Assembly (NCBI GenBank): GCA_002633005.1
Contig: NMRA01000235.1
Location: 236,808 to 300,807, forward strand
From: Phoronis australis
Taxonomy: Eukaryota; Animalia; Phoronida
DNA: 64,000 bases
Direction: 5' to 3'
Shown here: piece after piece, positions 39,212-52,820 of the stretch
Position numbering within the stretch: position 1 is the first letter of the stretch
Layout: each line of letters opens with the position of its first letter
The notes under the pieces: model-generated
Seen by the model: the letters and a program-made list of their open reading frames with translations, nothing else
What the model was told of the DNA's origin: nothing
Databases searched by the model: none
Position numbers and translations under genes: made by a program

Positions 39212-41334
39212 GTATATCGAGCAGTGCTATTAATTATGCCAACATTCCAAAGTCTTTAAGCTGCACATCTGTCCTGTTGTGATGCGGTGCTTGGCTTTTA
39301 CAAACCTTTTGCAGTTTTGGCGCAGCAGCTGTGTACGATAGTCGATAGTCTTCATACAGCTAGCTAGCTGGCTGGCTAGGCTTTGACTAGGCAACTTGTA
39401 GCCCCTCGGTTGGCTGGTTTGGGGCAACAATACTTCCCATCGCTTTCTGTACGAAGTTTGTCCCGTATATTTTAAACTGGTCGTAGGCGAAATACGCTCA
39501 TTGATTGAGAATTTTCACCTCGTCAAAAATACATTCTACACTTATGACTTAAAAGTAAACAATGACTTAAAAAAGCACTTACTTTCTTTAGTGCCAAGTG
39601 GTCCTTTCTACTAAGTCTACACAATGAAGTATAGCTATGACATTTAAGGTAACTTTGGCGAACAATTCCAACTCTACTTGTCGGTCATTGTTAACTTTTT
39701 CACCATGCGCGTGATAACCACAAAGTATTTCAACTGAGTCGTGTGAGTTAGGCAAAGGCCAGCACGAGACTGAGCGAAGCGCATGACGCTGGCACGTGTC
39801 ACCTGCAAAATAGCATGGGACGGTATCAGATGAAATGTTTAAGATTTGTGTCCCTTGGACTTTTTATTCGTCAACGTGCGTGCTTTCATGTTACTTCCTC
39901 AAAATGCCACCCGGTAACCGCGACAGATTTTCATGTTATGCTGACGAAATTGTATCCAAAGTCATGGTGTGTGTTAATTATATACCTCCATGTTCCTGTA
40001 TGTATGGCTCATTTGATTTTATTTGTTGTATTTTAAAAATGAGTAGGTTTTTGTGGGGATGTACTATCACCTCGTATGCCTGAGGCTTCCACGACATTGT
40101 AATTGCCTCTAGGCTTTTACTAGACAGTGCCGCTGTCTTGACTGACCGTCGGCGGCTGGATGGTGAAGGTGAATGTACATTTTTTTGGCGCTTTTCGGCG
40201 AATTATGCGTCGCACTGTTTTAAACATCAATGTCATGTTGTTACAACTACCATTTGTGCACAGAACGACGTCTTGGGATGACGACGATGTCAGATTCCTT
40301 CCAACTGGGACAAATATTCGTGTAATCAAACTTTTCTGAACAGTGTTTTGTTCAGTTGCCTAGATCGGCAACTGGCCATTTTTAACACTGGGTGCGCTTG
40401 GAGATATGACGTCCTACCCTCTGGTGTGAGCAGGGACACTGTCTACGCTTTTACTAAGTCTCTAGCCTGCCATAACATTTGCTGACAAGTTTCAAGAACC
40501 AAGACAGTCTCAGTAAAGTGTGATTGGTGTCGACTTAGACTGTGTCACTGTCTGGCTACTAAATACTTAGCTGTAGAGATGGTGATATTCTCATAGGGCC
40601 CTGATATGCCGGAAGCCACGTCGAATTATGCCTCACTGGTAAACCATGAGACACGTTGCTATAAGTACCTTTTGCACATACAAGGACACCTGTTGATGTG
40701 TTTAATTCCTTCTAAATCGAAGAAATTCTCGCGTAATCAAACTTGTTTCGTGCAATCCTTCGTTCAGTTGCTCAAGTTGGCAACTGGCCATTTTTACACT
40801 GTAGTTCACGTTTGGCGACCATGAAGGTGGACTTGTAACTGTGTCAAATGACACAGTTTTGTCGCAGTGTAACATGTTTTGTGCAATGTCAATAGGTCTG
40901 TCCTAAAGTTGAACAACACCACATTCATTCTAAGGTATTTACACACAATACAAATGATATGTCAGCCGCATCCCTTTTTCATCGTCTTTTATATATATAT
41001 ATATCTTAAATGTAAAGATCAATTTCTTCATTTAACACCAAGTGGCTGGTGGAAGTCTTTCCCTTATTAGTCAACTCAGGGTGTTGGACATTTTAACAAA
41101 TTGCTTCATCTTGCAACGTAATTTTGTACCTCCATGAAAGAAGTGAGTTCAATCAAGGATGAACTTGTTTGCGTCATTGTGTGAGGTAAACTCAGAGGTG
41201 TTGGACATTTTGTTAAATGGCTTCGTCTTGCAATGTAGTTTTCTACCTCCATGAAAGAGGAGAGCTCAGTCGAGGATGAACATTGTGTGAGATGGTGGTG
41301 ACTTTATTGCATGTGTCCCCTTTGTCTGTTTCAG

Positions 41335-41387
41335 AGTGCGCCCTTTTAAATGGTACAGACTGTGAGCACTGTGTCAAGAACCCAAAG
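41335..41387 (+). CDS. PTTG1IP: PTTG1IP exon 2 (E-CALLNGTDCEHCVKNPK), start of PSI domain
   Basis: Acceptor tttgtctgtttcag and donor AAG|gtgggt. CxxC followed by K, as in the PTTG1IP PSI domain. Confidence 0.88.
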
Positions 41388-41400
41388 GTGGGTTGTTATT

Positions 41401-42267
41401 TCAATCTCTAGTCATTCAGTCGCTGGCAATATACTGTTTGTCTTACTAGCTGTTAGAAACAACTCTGGTACACAAGTGAAAATTGCGGTTTAGAAAACTC
41501 TGGGAAAATGAGAACACTGTACAAATTGGTAATGTACTTGAGCTGGTTGTATCAGCGGGGCACTGTAGAGTCTGCATGACGACAACCAGTCATGCATTAA
41601 TGGCTTATCAAAGTGTTGAGATGTGTAGACTAGGCAATTTGGTCTTCACCAGTCTGTACACATTGGTTCTAGCAAACATGATGGGAACTGGGATGTCTAA
41701 AGTGATGTGCTGAACATTGTTTTCTTCATCAACAAATTTTGTGTATTGCTGTTGGCAAATAACACTTGTTCGTGCNTCTCTAGTCATTCAGTCTCTAGTC
41801 ATTCAGTCTCTAGTCATTCAGTCTCTAGTCATTCAGTCTCTAGTCATTCAGTCTCTAGTCATTCAGTCTCTAGTCATTCAGTCTCTAGTCATTCAATCTC
41901 TAGTCATTCAGTCGCTGGCAATATACTGTTTGTCTTACTAGGTGTTAGAAACAACTCGGGTACACAAGTGAAAATTGCGTTTTAGAAAACTCTGGGAAAA
42001 TGAGAACACTGTACAAATTGGTAATGTACTTGAGCTGGTTGTATCAGCGGGGCACTGTAGAGCCTGCATGACGACAACCATTCGTGCATCAATGGCTTAT
42101 CATAGTATTGAGATGTGTAGACTAGGCAATTTGGTCTTCACCAGTCTGTACACATTGGTTCTAGCAAACATGATGGGAACTGGGATGTCTAAAGTGATGT
42201 GCTGAACATTGTTTTCTTCATCAACAAATTTTGTGTATTGCTGTTGGCAAATAACACTTGTTCTTGC
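41401..42267. repeat. ~375-bp duplication (offset 492) around an n at 41776, with a 15-bp array (TCTCTAGTCATTCAG x~9, 41777-41911)
   Basis: Direct match between 41401-41775 and 41893-42267; probable haplotype overlap. Confidence 0.88.
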
Positions 42268-42719
42268 ATTATTTATAGTTTACTGCTTTTTGTTGCTGTT
42301 CAGGTGTTTAACTGTCAAAAGTACAATTCTTAACCAAAGAGCATTACCACACTTTTGACCTGTTGACTAGTGAGCTGGCAACTCAAGTCATAGGAAATGC
42401 TCACACATGCAGTTTTGGAATTCAGTTTCACGATTGACCAAACTCGGTAAATTCTAAAGCAATTTTTTGTGTTCTTGATGGTTTCAATTTTCTTGCTGGT
42501 GGTAGTGGTAGAGCCCTATCATTGGGAAGAGTATTACAGATTACAAGTGCTTAGACTGTAGGACCTTCGTCAATTTTCTTTTTTTGGCCTGCTAAACAGG
42601 GTGAAATTCAACTTTTAACTCTTCAACTTTAACCTTGAAATTTAAAAAAAAATTTAATCTGGCAATTATTTCCATGCTGCATAAGTGAAGTATTACTGTA
42701 TCTCTTGACCTTATTCCAG

Positions 42720-42834
42720 TGTCTGTTCTGCAATTCTGACAGTACCTGCAAGGCCTACCCTGTGGGTCATGTTCTGCCCCGCACCGAGGACTGTAAAGGG
42801 GGTCTGAGTGAGGCACGCTGGGGACAGTGCTGGA
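42720..42834 (+). CDS. PTTG1IP: PTTG1IP exon 3 (CLFCNSDSTCKAYPVGHVLPRTEDCKGGLSEARWGQCW)
   Basis: Acceptor ttattccag and donor gtaagt. Matches the family pattern CLWC...C..YPV..LP...C.LS.ARWG.CW. Confidence 0.93.
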
Positions 42835-43521
42835 GTAAGTCATGGTCAAACAGGAAGGTTGTTGTCAATGAATTATTTATAGCAACTTAAGTGTAAATGA
42901 CTAGTCACTGCTGTGTATTTTATATTTTCTATCTAGAAGCCGTGTGTCACACTCTGCCGCAGTACCTTAATTTATACACAGAAGTGATGTAGAATGTTTG
43001 TGTTAACGAATATGATGTCATTTGGTTTGTCGTGTGAAATTAAAAACACAAATTTTCTCTATTCGAGGAGATGGCTTAAATTGTATTCAGATAAAACCGT
43101 GTTTTTAAAAATGACGTACTATCTGTCAACTGTCAAGTATCTCATGTCTATAAAGCATGACGCAATCAGGAACACACCATAAATTATTGTATGGGTAACA
43201 GCCATGGAATGTCTGTATTGCGTTTTGCATTGTATCTATTGAATAATAATGCTCTCGCGATGCTGGAGTCGAACTTATCTTGTGCATAACGTTCCTTTTT
43301 TAATTTTGTCTACCCCGATGGTGATATTTTCCCTGGTGATGGCCGTGTATATCACTGTTATTGTGTTATGACCTCCAGTGATGTCATCTCACCTGGTGGC
43401 AGGTTTACTGTGTCCAGTGTTATCTCCCCTGATGGCGTTTACACCATCACATTGTTATATCCCCTGGTAGTGTGAACACTATGAGTGTGGTATGGTCTTA
43501 AACTGTATTTTTGCCTTCCAG

Positions 43522-43633
43522 TCAATTTTGAGGCACTCATCATCTCCATGGGTGTCGTTGGTGGTCTCATCATTCTTGCGTTTGTAGTCTGCATCTGTTG
43601 TTGTTGCTGCCGGAGTAAAGGATCCAGCAAGAA
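43522..43633 (+). CDS. PTTG1IP: PTTG1IP exon 4 (I-NFEALIISMGVVGGLIILAFVVCICCCCCRSKGSSK), transmembrane helix and Cys cluster
   Basis: Acceptor ttgccttccag and donor gtaggt. NFEALII signature. Confidence 0.93.
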
Positions 43634-44082
43634 GTAGGTCATTGGGTCATGCTTTGAGGCCCTCGTGTAGTTGAGGGAAAATGTGTTTGGGCATTTGAAA
43701 GGGGCATTTTTGAGTGAAGAGGGAATTTCCCCGCCGTCACAGTTCATGTGGTCAACTATAGTTACACATTATGATTACTTTCTCGTCACGTCACTCATTT
43801 TTAGAGCAAAGAAAGTAGTAAAAATATATTAAGTACTATTTTCATCATTTGTTGCGTAAATCAGGACAAAGGTAGACTTTTCAACATTTTGAGCATCTAA
43901 AGATAACCAAACATGGCTCAGATGGCTCAAAATGTGACACTGCACATCAGTTAGGGAGACTTGGATTGATGTAGTGTGACAATAACAATAATAATAATAA
44001 CCATAGTAATAATAATGATAATGATAATAATGATGGCACTTGTGTGTAAAGGTTTGTTAGAAATAGTGTGGTGGATAATGTC

Positions 44083-44171
44083 AGTGCTGATATAGTGCTG
44101 ATATAGTGCTGATATAGTGCTGATATAGTGCTGATATAGTGCTGATATAGTGCTGATATAGTGCTGATATA
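44083..44171. repeat. 11-bp tandem repeat (GTGCTGATATA) x~8
   Basis: Direct observation. Confidence 0.95.
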
Positions 44172-44446
44172 CACTATTTTACAATGAGCAACTAAAGGGT
44201 TGCTAGTGTTAAATGCTGTCCACACATGATTGAAGGCGGCCAGGTCTAAATGCTCTTCCATTATACTTGCTTAGTAGGATCTCGTTAATCCCACTCATAA
44301 AAGGGTTGTATCCCAGGAAAACTGCGGAGAAACTCTGCCAATAGTTTTGGTAAGAACGTCTTTGTTTCTAAATAAAACACTGTCCTGCTTATAAGTTCTT
44401 TAGCCACACAGAGTGCTCTGTTATTTTTTGAGTGTTGGTGTTTCAG

Positions 44447-44512
44447 ATACGAGCGTCAAGAGGCAAAATTGGAAAGACAGAGAGAAGAAAGAGCGATCAA
44501 AGCAACCGAAAG
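44447..44512 (+). CDS. PTTG1IP: PTTG1IP exon 5 (K-YERQEAKLERQREERAIKATE-R)
   Basis: Acceptor tgtttcag and donor AG|gtagac; phases consistent. Confidence 0.88.
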
Positions 44513-45294
44513 GTAGACACTATCCTTGACATATGCACACATGCATACAGATGCACGTACGCACAGACACATCCACCTAAACCAGTGTAATACATACAGC
44601 TAATAAGGATGTCTGCCGGGTGACTTTTGTTTGAGTTCTAGCAATTCACAGGAATATTTTTAGCAACTGGAGTGTGCTTTTACATTTTATGATGGAAACT
44701 TGTTTTTTTTTTGTTATGGCAACATGACGCGAACAGTACAAAGCAAGTACAAACTCTAAATTGTACTCCTTTTTCTTTATTTGTACACGGCCATCGACCT
44801 AAAGTACAACAAACAAGCAAATAAGATCATTGGAGTGCTATGATACTTTCAGGGTTCATTTTTATTGTATGTATCACCAAGAGGTCGGGTAAAACTGACT
44901 CCGCACAAACACTAAATTGTTGCTTGGTAAATTCTCCAGGTAAGACAGGAACTCCTCTGAGTCAATATGTACTTGATCAATTATAGACAATGTCGACATG
45001 AAATGTTGTGCTTTCATTCTATAGATGCCAGATTACAGTGTAGAAAGTGTGCGCCAATATGTGTGGTGTTTGTAAATGGTTGACAAATACATGATTTGGA
45101 CAGTTTGTTTTTTATTAGTTCCCTTTTTTATAGCGGTTTCTGTTTGATCAGATTGTTTCACTGGCAATGGTGACAGCGGCAAATTTGATGTTGGCATATA
45201 GAGGTCAGCACTTGTATTCACTAATCTGTGTAGTCGGTACAGATTTTTGAAGCGTTGTGTCTGTTACATATTGTTTTGTTAATGTACTTTGTAG

Positions 45295-45341
45295 GAGGCA
45301 AGCCAGGCAGGCTAGAAATGATGAAATTAGACAGAAATACG
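45295..45341 (+). CDS. PTTG1IP: PTTG1IP exon 6 (RQARQARNDEIRQKY-G)
   Basis: Acceptor actttgtag and donor G|gtaaga. Matches the family DEIRKKYG motif. Confidence 0.92.
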
Positions 45342-47050
45342 GTAAGACTGTATCTGTACTTTGTACTGAGAGGAATTGGAGACTGTGTATTTTTGATTTT
45401 GGACTTAAAAATATACCCACTTGCTTACTAGACACTCTGGTTATAGTTTCCTCGACAAAAAGTGACAAAAGTGGAGTCTGAATGTTCTATCATTCTATCA
45501 AGTGAATAACTCCTCTCACCATTTTGTTCGCAATATGCAGCCAAAGTACCCCGACTGCGCCCATTTACACAAGTTTGATTGCTGGTTCACTGGCACCCCC
45601 TGGTGAATTGTGATCTACAGTGGAATAACTTGACATTTGACTTGAGTGTATTTACAAAAAATTGCTTTGCGCGGTGGCGGTACCATAGCCAATGAGGTTT
45701 ATTCCAGGCGTGGTTATTGCGAGTTGTAAACTTTACCCAAAAATAACTTGAAAAAATGTTGTGTGATGTAATGGCCAAGTACCTTGGTATAAAGCAGTGG
45801 TGATTGTTATGTTTACCTGTGTATGATGCTCGTTAACCTCCTGTTTACAAAGGTATTGAGATCCGAGGTGGAATAGGTGAGATATGTGTAGTGGAGCCTC
45901 TTGGTTGACAGACAGTGGGTTTGATGTTTCTTTTCATGCGCCCACATGCACACATGTGGTTGCATACTGCTGCCATCTCTTTGTACACCTGTCTGGTGCC
46001 TGCCCCCCTAGCGCTCCCTTTTGGCAGTTTTAGGATTTCTGTGTCTTACTTTTGTGAAAGCCAATAATCTTGCAAACCGCTTGAAGGACCATCTGGTGAT
46101 GTGTCTCTGTTGTAGGACCATCACTGTCCTTGATTCGATGATGGGGTTGGGACAGCTGCTCTTAATGACACCTTTAGTTTGCCTAGCATTTGCTTAAATG
46201 TTGTCATCCGAAGAGTGGAATATTATGAAAAATATAAGCTTGTCTCATACTTTGGGAGTGTGTTTTCAAAGATTTCATGGACCCAAAAAATTCAAATGAA
46301 CCCCAAAAATATTGGAAGGTGGGTCCATTGGACCCCAGGTTTTAGAAGAGTAGAGCAAACATTGTGCGCATGTTGTGGACTACCTCCAGGTGGCGCTTGT
46401 TGCTTGACACTCCTCCCTCTGTCTGCCAAACTTGTTCAAGGAGCATCTTGAGTGGCATTAGGCTAAAGACGGTTGACGTTTATTGTGAGTTAGGTCCACC
46501 TACTGTTGCGCCCCCTACAGGCTATTCTGACTCTGCACTTATATTCCTGCCTCTTAGATAAAGCTATATGGAGTTTGACAGTCATATTTCTATCAGTTTT
46601 AGGAACAGTACAGCGAGTGTCTATTTTAGGTTGGATGTGATTAATATTGATCTTCCTGGAAGTATTTTATTTTTGCTTCACCGTTTCAGTTTTTTTAAGC
46701 TGTATAGGAGCTTTGCGGTGCTTAACTTGTATGTCAACTTTATACTGTGTTTAAAACAGCCAATACCAGTCGGCGTCCCTTACGACAATTTCATTTTTTT
46801 GGAACTCTACTTCTTGCCAAGTCCCTCTAGATTAAACTTCCTATGCCACTTTTTGACATCCATCTTGTTGTATCCAACCGTCTTGGTGTAAATGACTAGA
46901 TTAGACTTGTCACATGTTGGTTAACAATCTCTGTGTGCCCACCAGTTCTGTTCTCACCAGCCAGTTTTACTGGTGGTCTCCAATAGGAATGTTTGAAATA
47001 ATGAATACTCCCTGTAGCTGTTGGTGATGTATATTGGGAGCCTTTCAACT

Positions 47051-47172
47051 CTGTGTATTGCTCCTGTTTATCTTGGTGTGGTGAATGTCAGGGGGGGGTA
47101 ATCTAGCCCTTTTGTGTATTGCTTCTGTTTATCTTGGTGTCGTGAATGTCAGGGGAGGTAATCTAGCCCTTA
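47051..47172. repeat. ~60-bp tandem duplication
   Basis: TGTGTATTGCTYCTGTTTATCTTGGTGT..GAATGTCAGGGG..GTAATCTAGCCCTT occurs twice. Confidence 0.85.
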
Positions 47173-47347
47173 TGCTGATCCGTGAACACTTCCATTACGA
47201 GGAGAGCTCTCACCGTTCTCTGCAGGCACATACCACACTCCCAAGAACCTTTACCATGCACCGGAGGAACTCCTAACAATCCTTACCACGCATCGTAGGA
47301 AACTTTAAGAACCCTTACTGCAAGAATTCCAAGAATCCTTAACACGG

Positions 47348-47708
47348 AACCAGAACTCCTCACTACACCCACTTACAAGCACACATGCCATGCACCAGAT
47401 TTACCCACCACACCCACAGACAAGCACACATCCCATGCACCAGAACTACCCACAACACCCACAGACAAGCACACATGCCATGCATCAGAACTACCCACTA
47501 CACTCACAGACAAGCACACATGCCATGCATCAGAACTACCCACTACACCCACTTACAAGCACACATGTCATGTATCAGAACTACCCACTACACCCACTTA
47601 CAAGCACACATGTCGTCCACCAGAACTACCCACCACACCCACAGACAAGCACACATGCCATGCACCAGAACTAACTACACCCATGGACAGGTATACATGC
47701 CATGCACC
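47348..47708. repeat. 45-bp CA-rich minisatellite x~8
   Basis: Unit ACAAGCACACATGCCATGCAYCAGAACTACCCACYACACCCACAG; explains the repetitive His-rich ORFs. Confidence 0.92.
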
Positions 47709-47849
47709 AATTTTCAATGCAAATGATGAAAGTGTGCGGTGAGTTCTTTTGAGAGAGGTGAGAGTTGCTCTTTCATAAGGGTTTGATTACCTTCCTTGAA
47801 GGTGTTGTTCATGTGTGACCTCTTCTGCAAGTTTACTGGTATTTTGCAT

Positions 47850-47995
47850 GTATTTCATATAACAATACCTGTACAGGTATTTAATATCACAATACCTGTA
47901 CAGGTATTTTGTAACACAATACCTGTATGTGTGTTTCATATTACAATACCAGTGCAGGTAGTACATATCACAATACTTGTACAGGGTTCATATCA
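47850..47995. repeat. 27-bp degenerate minisatellite
   Basis: ACAATACCTGTACAGGTA units. Confidence 0.8.
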
Positions 47996-48424
47996 CATGA
48001 CATGTGTGTACTGACTGTTGCACCGTGCTCATTGGCATTGCATGGTCACATTGTCTCCAGTTTGAGAAAATGAGATTTAAATTGGATTTCAATCATAATG
48101 CAGTTATGTCTTAATTCCACTTAAGTGTAGACAGTGAAGCTATTCTAGACATATTCTTGTATTCACATGGTAGTACGTGAAGCTATTGGGGACATATTCT
48201 TGTATCCATGTTTTGAGCTGCTATAAAACTCCCTTTGCATCAAAGAAACTGAGTTTTAATTTTGACATCTAATTGCTGTAACATGGGTCTCACGTTGTTC
48301 TTTACGCTGATGGGTTGTGATTTGTTGGCTTAGAAAGAACCGACTGTTAATACTACGGACTCAGCTCAGTGCTTTAAATGACCTGCCATGGGAAGTGAAT
48401 GTGGTGACCTTGACCTTGAACATT

Positions 48425-48550
48425 AGACCACATCCACGGCCGTTAAGTTAACAAGTTGAGACCACATCCATGACCGTTAAGTCAACAAGTTGAGACCACA
48501 TCCATGACTGTTAAGTCAACAAGTTGAGACTACATCCATGACCGTTGAGT
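48425..48550. repeat. 34-bp minisatellite x~3.6
   Basis: AGACCACATCCATGACCGTTAAGTCAACAAGTTG units. Confidence 0.9.
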
Positions 48551-48763
48551 CCTCTAAATAGTAGGCACAGCAGCTTTATGTAGTACAGTGTACTTGTAGC
48601 CTCAGAATGGCTGGCTCCTGACATTAAAATGATAACTGACGCTTCTTTTAATTATGGTTATTACAGCATGCAGACTGCTGTTGCTGACAATAACTCCAAG
48701 ACTAACACGTGGAGACCGGCAATCACATTATGTAAATCTTTTTTAATTGTTCTGTACTTTCAG

Positions 48764-48807
48764 GTTTGGTCAAGGAAGACAACCCCTATCAAAGATTCGA
48801 TGCGTAA
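48764..48807 (+). CDS. PTTG1IP: PTTG1IP exon 7 (G-LVKEDNPYQRFDA*), C-terminal YxxF sorting motif; total protein 202 aa
   Basis: Acceptor ttctgtactttcag. Compare the human C-terminus GLFKEENPYARFENN. AATAAA at 49028 and 51365. Confidence 0.92.
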
Positions 48808-51491
48808 AGTAACAAAGCCCGTCCTCACATTCCATCTCTGCATACCCAAGATTTCAAAATGCCCGTTTATGTTGTAATTTCTCAGAGTGGATATTGTCGC
48901 TGATCCCCTTTTCTTAAATTTTGATATGTCTGTTGCTTTGTGTTGTGTCAGTGCTGTTGTTGGAAACACTTTTTTTTGTTCTTAGCAAGTTTCAGACACA
49001 ATTATTTGAAATAGCATTTTATGTTACAATAAATCATACACAGTGGATGGTTTGGAGAATTTGCCACCAATATGAGGCACGTTGGGTATTAACCACTGGT
49101 GAAGTCAAGTAAAGCCTCGTTCACACTGCCACGAAGACAAAACCATGGCAGAAGGTGGTAAGATAAGTCCTTTATAGTCCTGTTTCAATGCCTGTCTATA
49201 AATTCACGTACAATAGAAATTTAAAATCATGTTTCACCTCAACTTGGAATTAATTTCACTTCGCTGCAGGTGCAGACCGACACCAATTTGTTCAGTGTAC
49301 GACAGTGACAGTGTGACGGGGGCTTAAGTGAGAACGACAGTATTATGTTGGGAGTGTTTGTGCTGTTTGACTTGAGTCTTGTACAACCTTCACTGTCTTG
49401 TTTGTAGAGTGCTTTACTCCCTTGTCAAGCGCACATATATTTGTTGTGCAAATTACTATTTGTCGTATCCGTTTGGGGTAACGCTAATAGTTGTCTTGTT
49501 ACTTGTTCTTAATTGTTTAGAAGTTTAGTTTCAAATCTAAATATTGTGTTATAGGGAGCTAATTACCCACGACTAAATGGTTTTGATTTAAACACTTTGG
49601 GCATTAACTCGAAAGGATAGTGACTATATAATTATGTGAAACAGAGAAATATTTTGTATTTATTAGTCTAGTCGGCACGCCATCCTTTGGACATATATTG
49701 TAACCACAAAATTTTCATCGTCCGATAGGAAAACTTGCGTTAAGTCAGTACATTTGAGCTGATTCAAACATTGCATTGTTTCTTAGCTGGTCTTAAAACT
49801 GGACTGGAACTCGGTAGTTAGGTCTTATGATGTGGCCACCAGGTTGGGCTTTGCTAAGATAAACCCACATTTATCACTTTTGATTATATGTAATTATGTC
49901 AAGTTTAGGTTGCTGGCATTTTAAACCCTGATTGTGCACTCATTTTTTTCTGTGACTGCATATGACCTTTGAACCCCCTTCTTCACACTTGAATTGTTCT
50001 ATGCAGCATTTTAATACCCTGAAAAGACTTGTTGGACCAGCTCTCTACCCCTCCGATTACCTGTGACTGTTGTGAAAGAAAAAGTTTAGACCAGACTTCA
50101 CAGACATTACATATGGTGAAAAGTCACCAGATTTGGACAAGAGCACTGCACCCGTTCTTTTTGCAATTTTCGAATTTTCAGATATACAGCTGCTACAAAT
50201 TAAAAATGGCATCAAATGTTTTGTGTGTGAATTACTTGATGAATCGTGCTTACAGCACAGTGAACTGTTCTTGACATTGTGAAAAATGTGATCTAAAAGA
50301 AATTCCACTCGTCAACCATTTCGAGTCCTATGTTGAAAATTGTCTTTGCCTTTTTACGAAATATTTGAAGCACCAAACAAAAAATTTAAGATATTTAGGG
50401 TCCTGCAGTATGACTAGACAATATTGTGAGAAATTGGTCATTTGCAATGTAAGAAGGCTTAGGATAATTACTCGAGACCAACTTTGACAATTGTTTTTTT
50501 CCAAATAGATTAGATTGTGTTGCAAGTGTCCAATAAGTAAATTCTATTGTTTAATTTTGTTTACCAGTTTAACTTTGTCAGGTGTAGTATCAGTTATCTA
50601 TAATTACCGGGTACCTCATTTCCACGAGATTTCTCTTTTCGGTTTTCCATTGGCTGTTAATGTTGAATTCTTGATACTTGAGTTGTATGATGCGTCTGTT
50701 ATCACAAGTTCAGTTGGTGTAAGCTCACAGTTTAGGTGCCCTTGTTTACTCACCAGCTCTGTTGTCTGGCAAGAAAAGCCGACTTATTTTCTGCTATCTA
50801 AGCATCAGTAAGGTAAACGTTTTGAGGAGTCTCTATTCGCAGTCTATCTGATATGACAATACTTCATTTGTGCAACTGAAGGCTGAATGACAGTTAAAAT
50901 AATGTTACATCTTAATGTTTTACATTGAGAGATTCAAAACAATGGTTTAAGTTTATGTATTTGCCTTAACAGGATGCAATTTTGTATTTTGTGTATTTCG
51001 TAGTTGAAGAATTGTGGTTTATATGATCAGAAAACAGCTAACAAAGGTTTCATCAGACAGGGACCAAGGGATGGCCAGCAATCCTAGAAGTTGTGTTTAG
51101 CATCAGCCTTTCAAAGCATACCTACAGCCATTTGGGCCCTGCTTGTTCAAAGTATTTATTAACAGGGTGATCTTTCAGCCAAATATGTTCATCTGCTCAA
51201 TTGTACGTAGAAGTGGTGTACTTCAGTGTAACTGGCGTTGTTAATGGTTTGACCGTGAAGATGTGTGAAAATACAGTTCTTTGGGTGTGGCTTTATTTAA
51301 ATTCAAATTTTGATCATCATTTCTATGGACTATTCTTCATTTCTATACACCTTGTGATATTTGCAATAAATTACTTAAATTTGATTGTGTCTCGTATTTT
51401 ACCAACTTGGCACAAATGTATTGCAGTGACTTGCTTCAGGTTGAGTGGGAATGCATAGAAAAGGAGCTTCCGTTGCAAATTTGAGGCTCTG

Positions 51492-51731
51492 AGGAGGTAA
51501 CTGGACCCATAGTTGGGCTTGGAGGGGGTAACTAGACCCATAGTTGGGCTTGGAAGGGGTAACTAGACCCATAGTTGGGCTTGGAGGGGGTAACTAGTCC
51601 CATAGTTGGGCTTGGAGGGGGTAACTAGACCCATAGTTGGGCTTGGAGGGGGTAACTAGTCCCATAGTTGGGCTTGGAGGGGGTAACTAGTCCCATAGTT
51701 GGGCTTGGAGGGGGTAACTAGACCCATAGTT
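51492..51731. repeat. 31-bp minisatellite x~7.5 (GTAACTAGWCCCATAGTTGGGCTTGGAGGGG)
   Basis: Direct observation. Confidence 0.95.
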
Positions 51732-52504
51732 GCTTAGAAATTTGTGGACAGTTATTAAACATGGGTGTCGCGCACAAAATTACAGGTGTGTGGGGTATGG
51801 AATGAAATGGCATGTATTAAATACTGTACACAAGTGATTTATTTAACACTATTAATATGTAACACACGTCACAGAGCAAGTAGAGCATAAAACACAATGC
51901 CGCTGGGATTTACAGTAGTTCTATAATCACTGCACACCAAAAGGACTTCTGTTGACAGCACTGTACACCACACATCTATGACGTCTAAACGTCTGAAACG
52001 AAAACAATACCAGATGTTTATAACAAGCTACATAATGGCCCAATGGTTGAGAACATAACAAGAACGGATTGCTCACAAAATTAATCATAATAAAACAAAA
52101 CACGACATGCTACTGTTGAGTTTCTAAAACAGGGTATGGGAACATCAGACTTAGACCCAATTCCTGGAAGTGCAGTCTATGATTACACACGCTAACACTA
52201 GAATACAAACATTCTGAAACACCAGGTTTGCACAATCTGGAACTAAAAACAAGATAAATGCACAATGAAACTACAGTCTCGAGGACAAAATTCATCTGCA
52301 GTCTAGAATTAAATTAGGTCAAGAACTGGGTCAAGAGATCTCAAGTATTGAGGCTTATCCGTGAAGCTGTTCCCATGGCCTGAGAACAGATCTGACCATT
52401 GTTTATGTATGGAAATTGACCTAAGTAAATGAAGGACTACAGTGGTAGTTGCATGTATCTCGGCTTGTTCTGTAATTGTATGTAATGAAACTAGTGACCA
52501 ATCC

Positions 52505-52820
52505 CACTGACTGGGCGAGTGGGACTGGATGAGTAGGACCAGGTGAGTTGGACCGGATGAGCGGGACCGGGGAGCAGGACCAGGACATTAAGACCGGGTG
52601 AATGGGAATGAGTGAGAAGGACCGGGTGAGTGGGACTGGGTGAGAAGGACCGGGTGAGTGGGACTGGGTGAGTGCACTGGGAGACTAGGACTGCATGGTG
52701 AGAGGGACTGCATGGTGAGATGACTGCAAGGGTGTAGGACTGGGTGAATGGGACCAGGTGAATGGAACCTTGTGAGTGGGACTGCATGGTGAGTGGGACC
52801 GCCGATGGGTGGGACTACAT
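52505..52820. repeat. G-rich degenerate short-period repeat (GGTGAGTGGGACTG)
   Basis: Direct observation. Confidence 0.85.

Noticed and set aside
47385-47726. His/Cys-rich repetitive ORF resembling a metal-binding protein
   Set aside because: A 45-bp intronic minisatellite is open in several frames simply because its period is divisible by 3.
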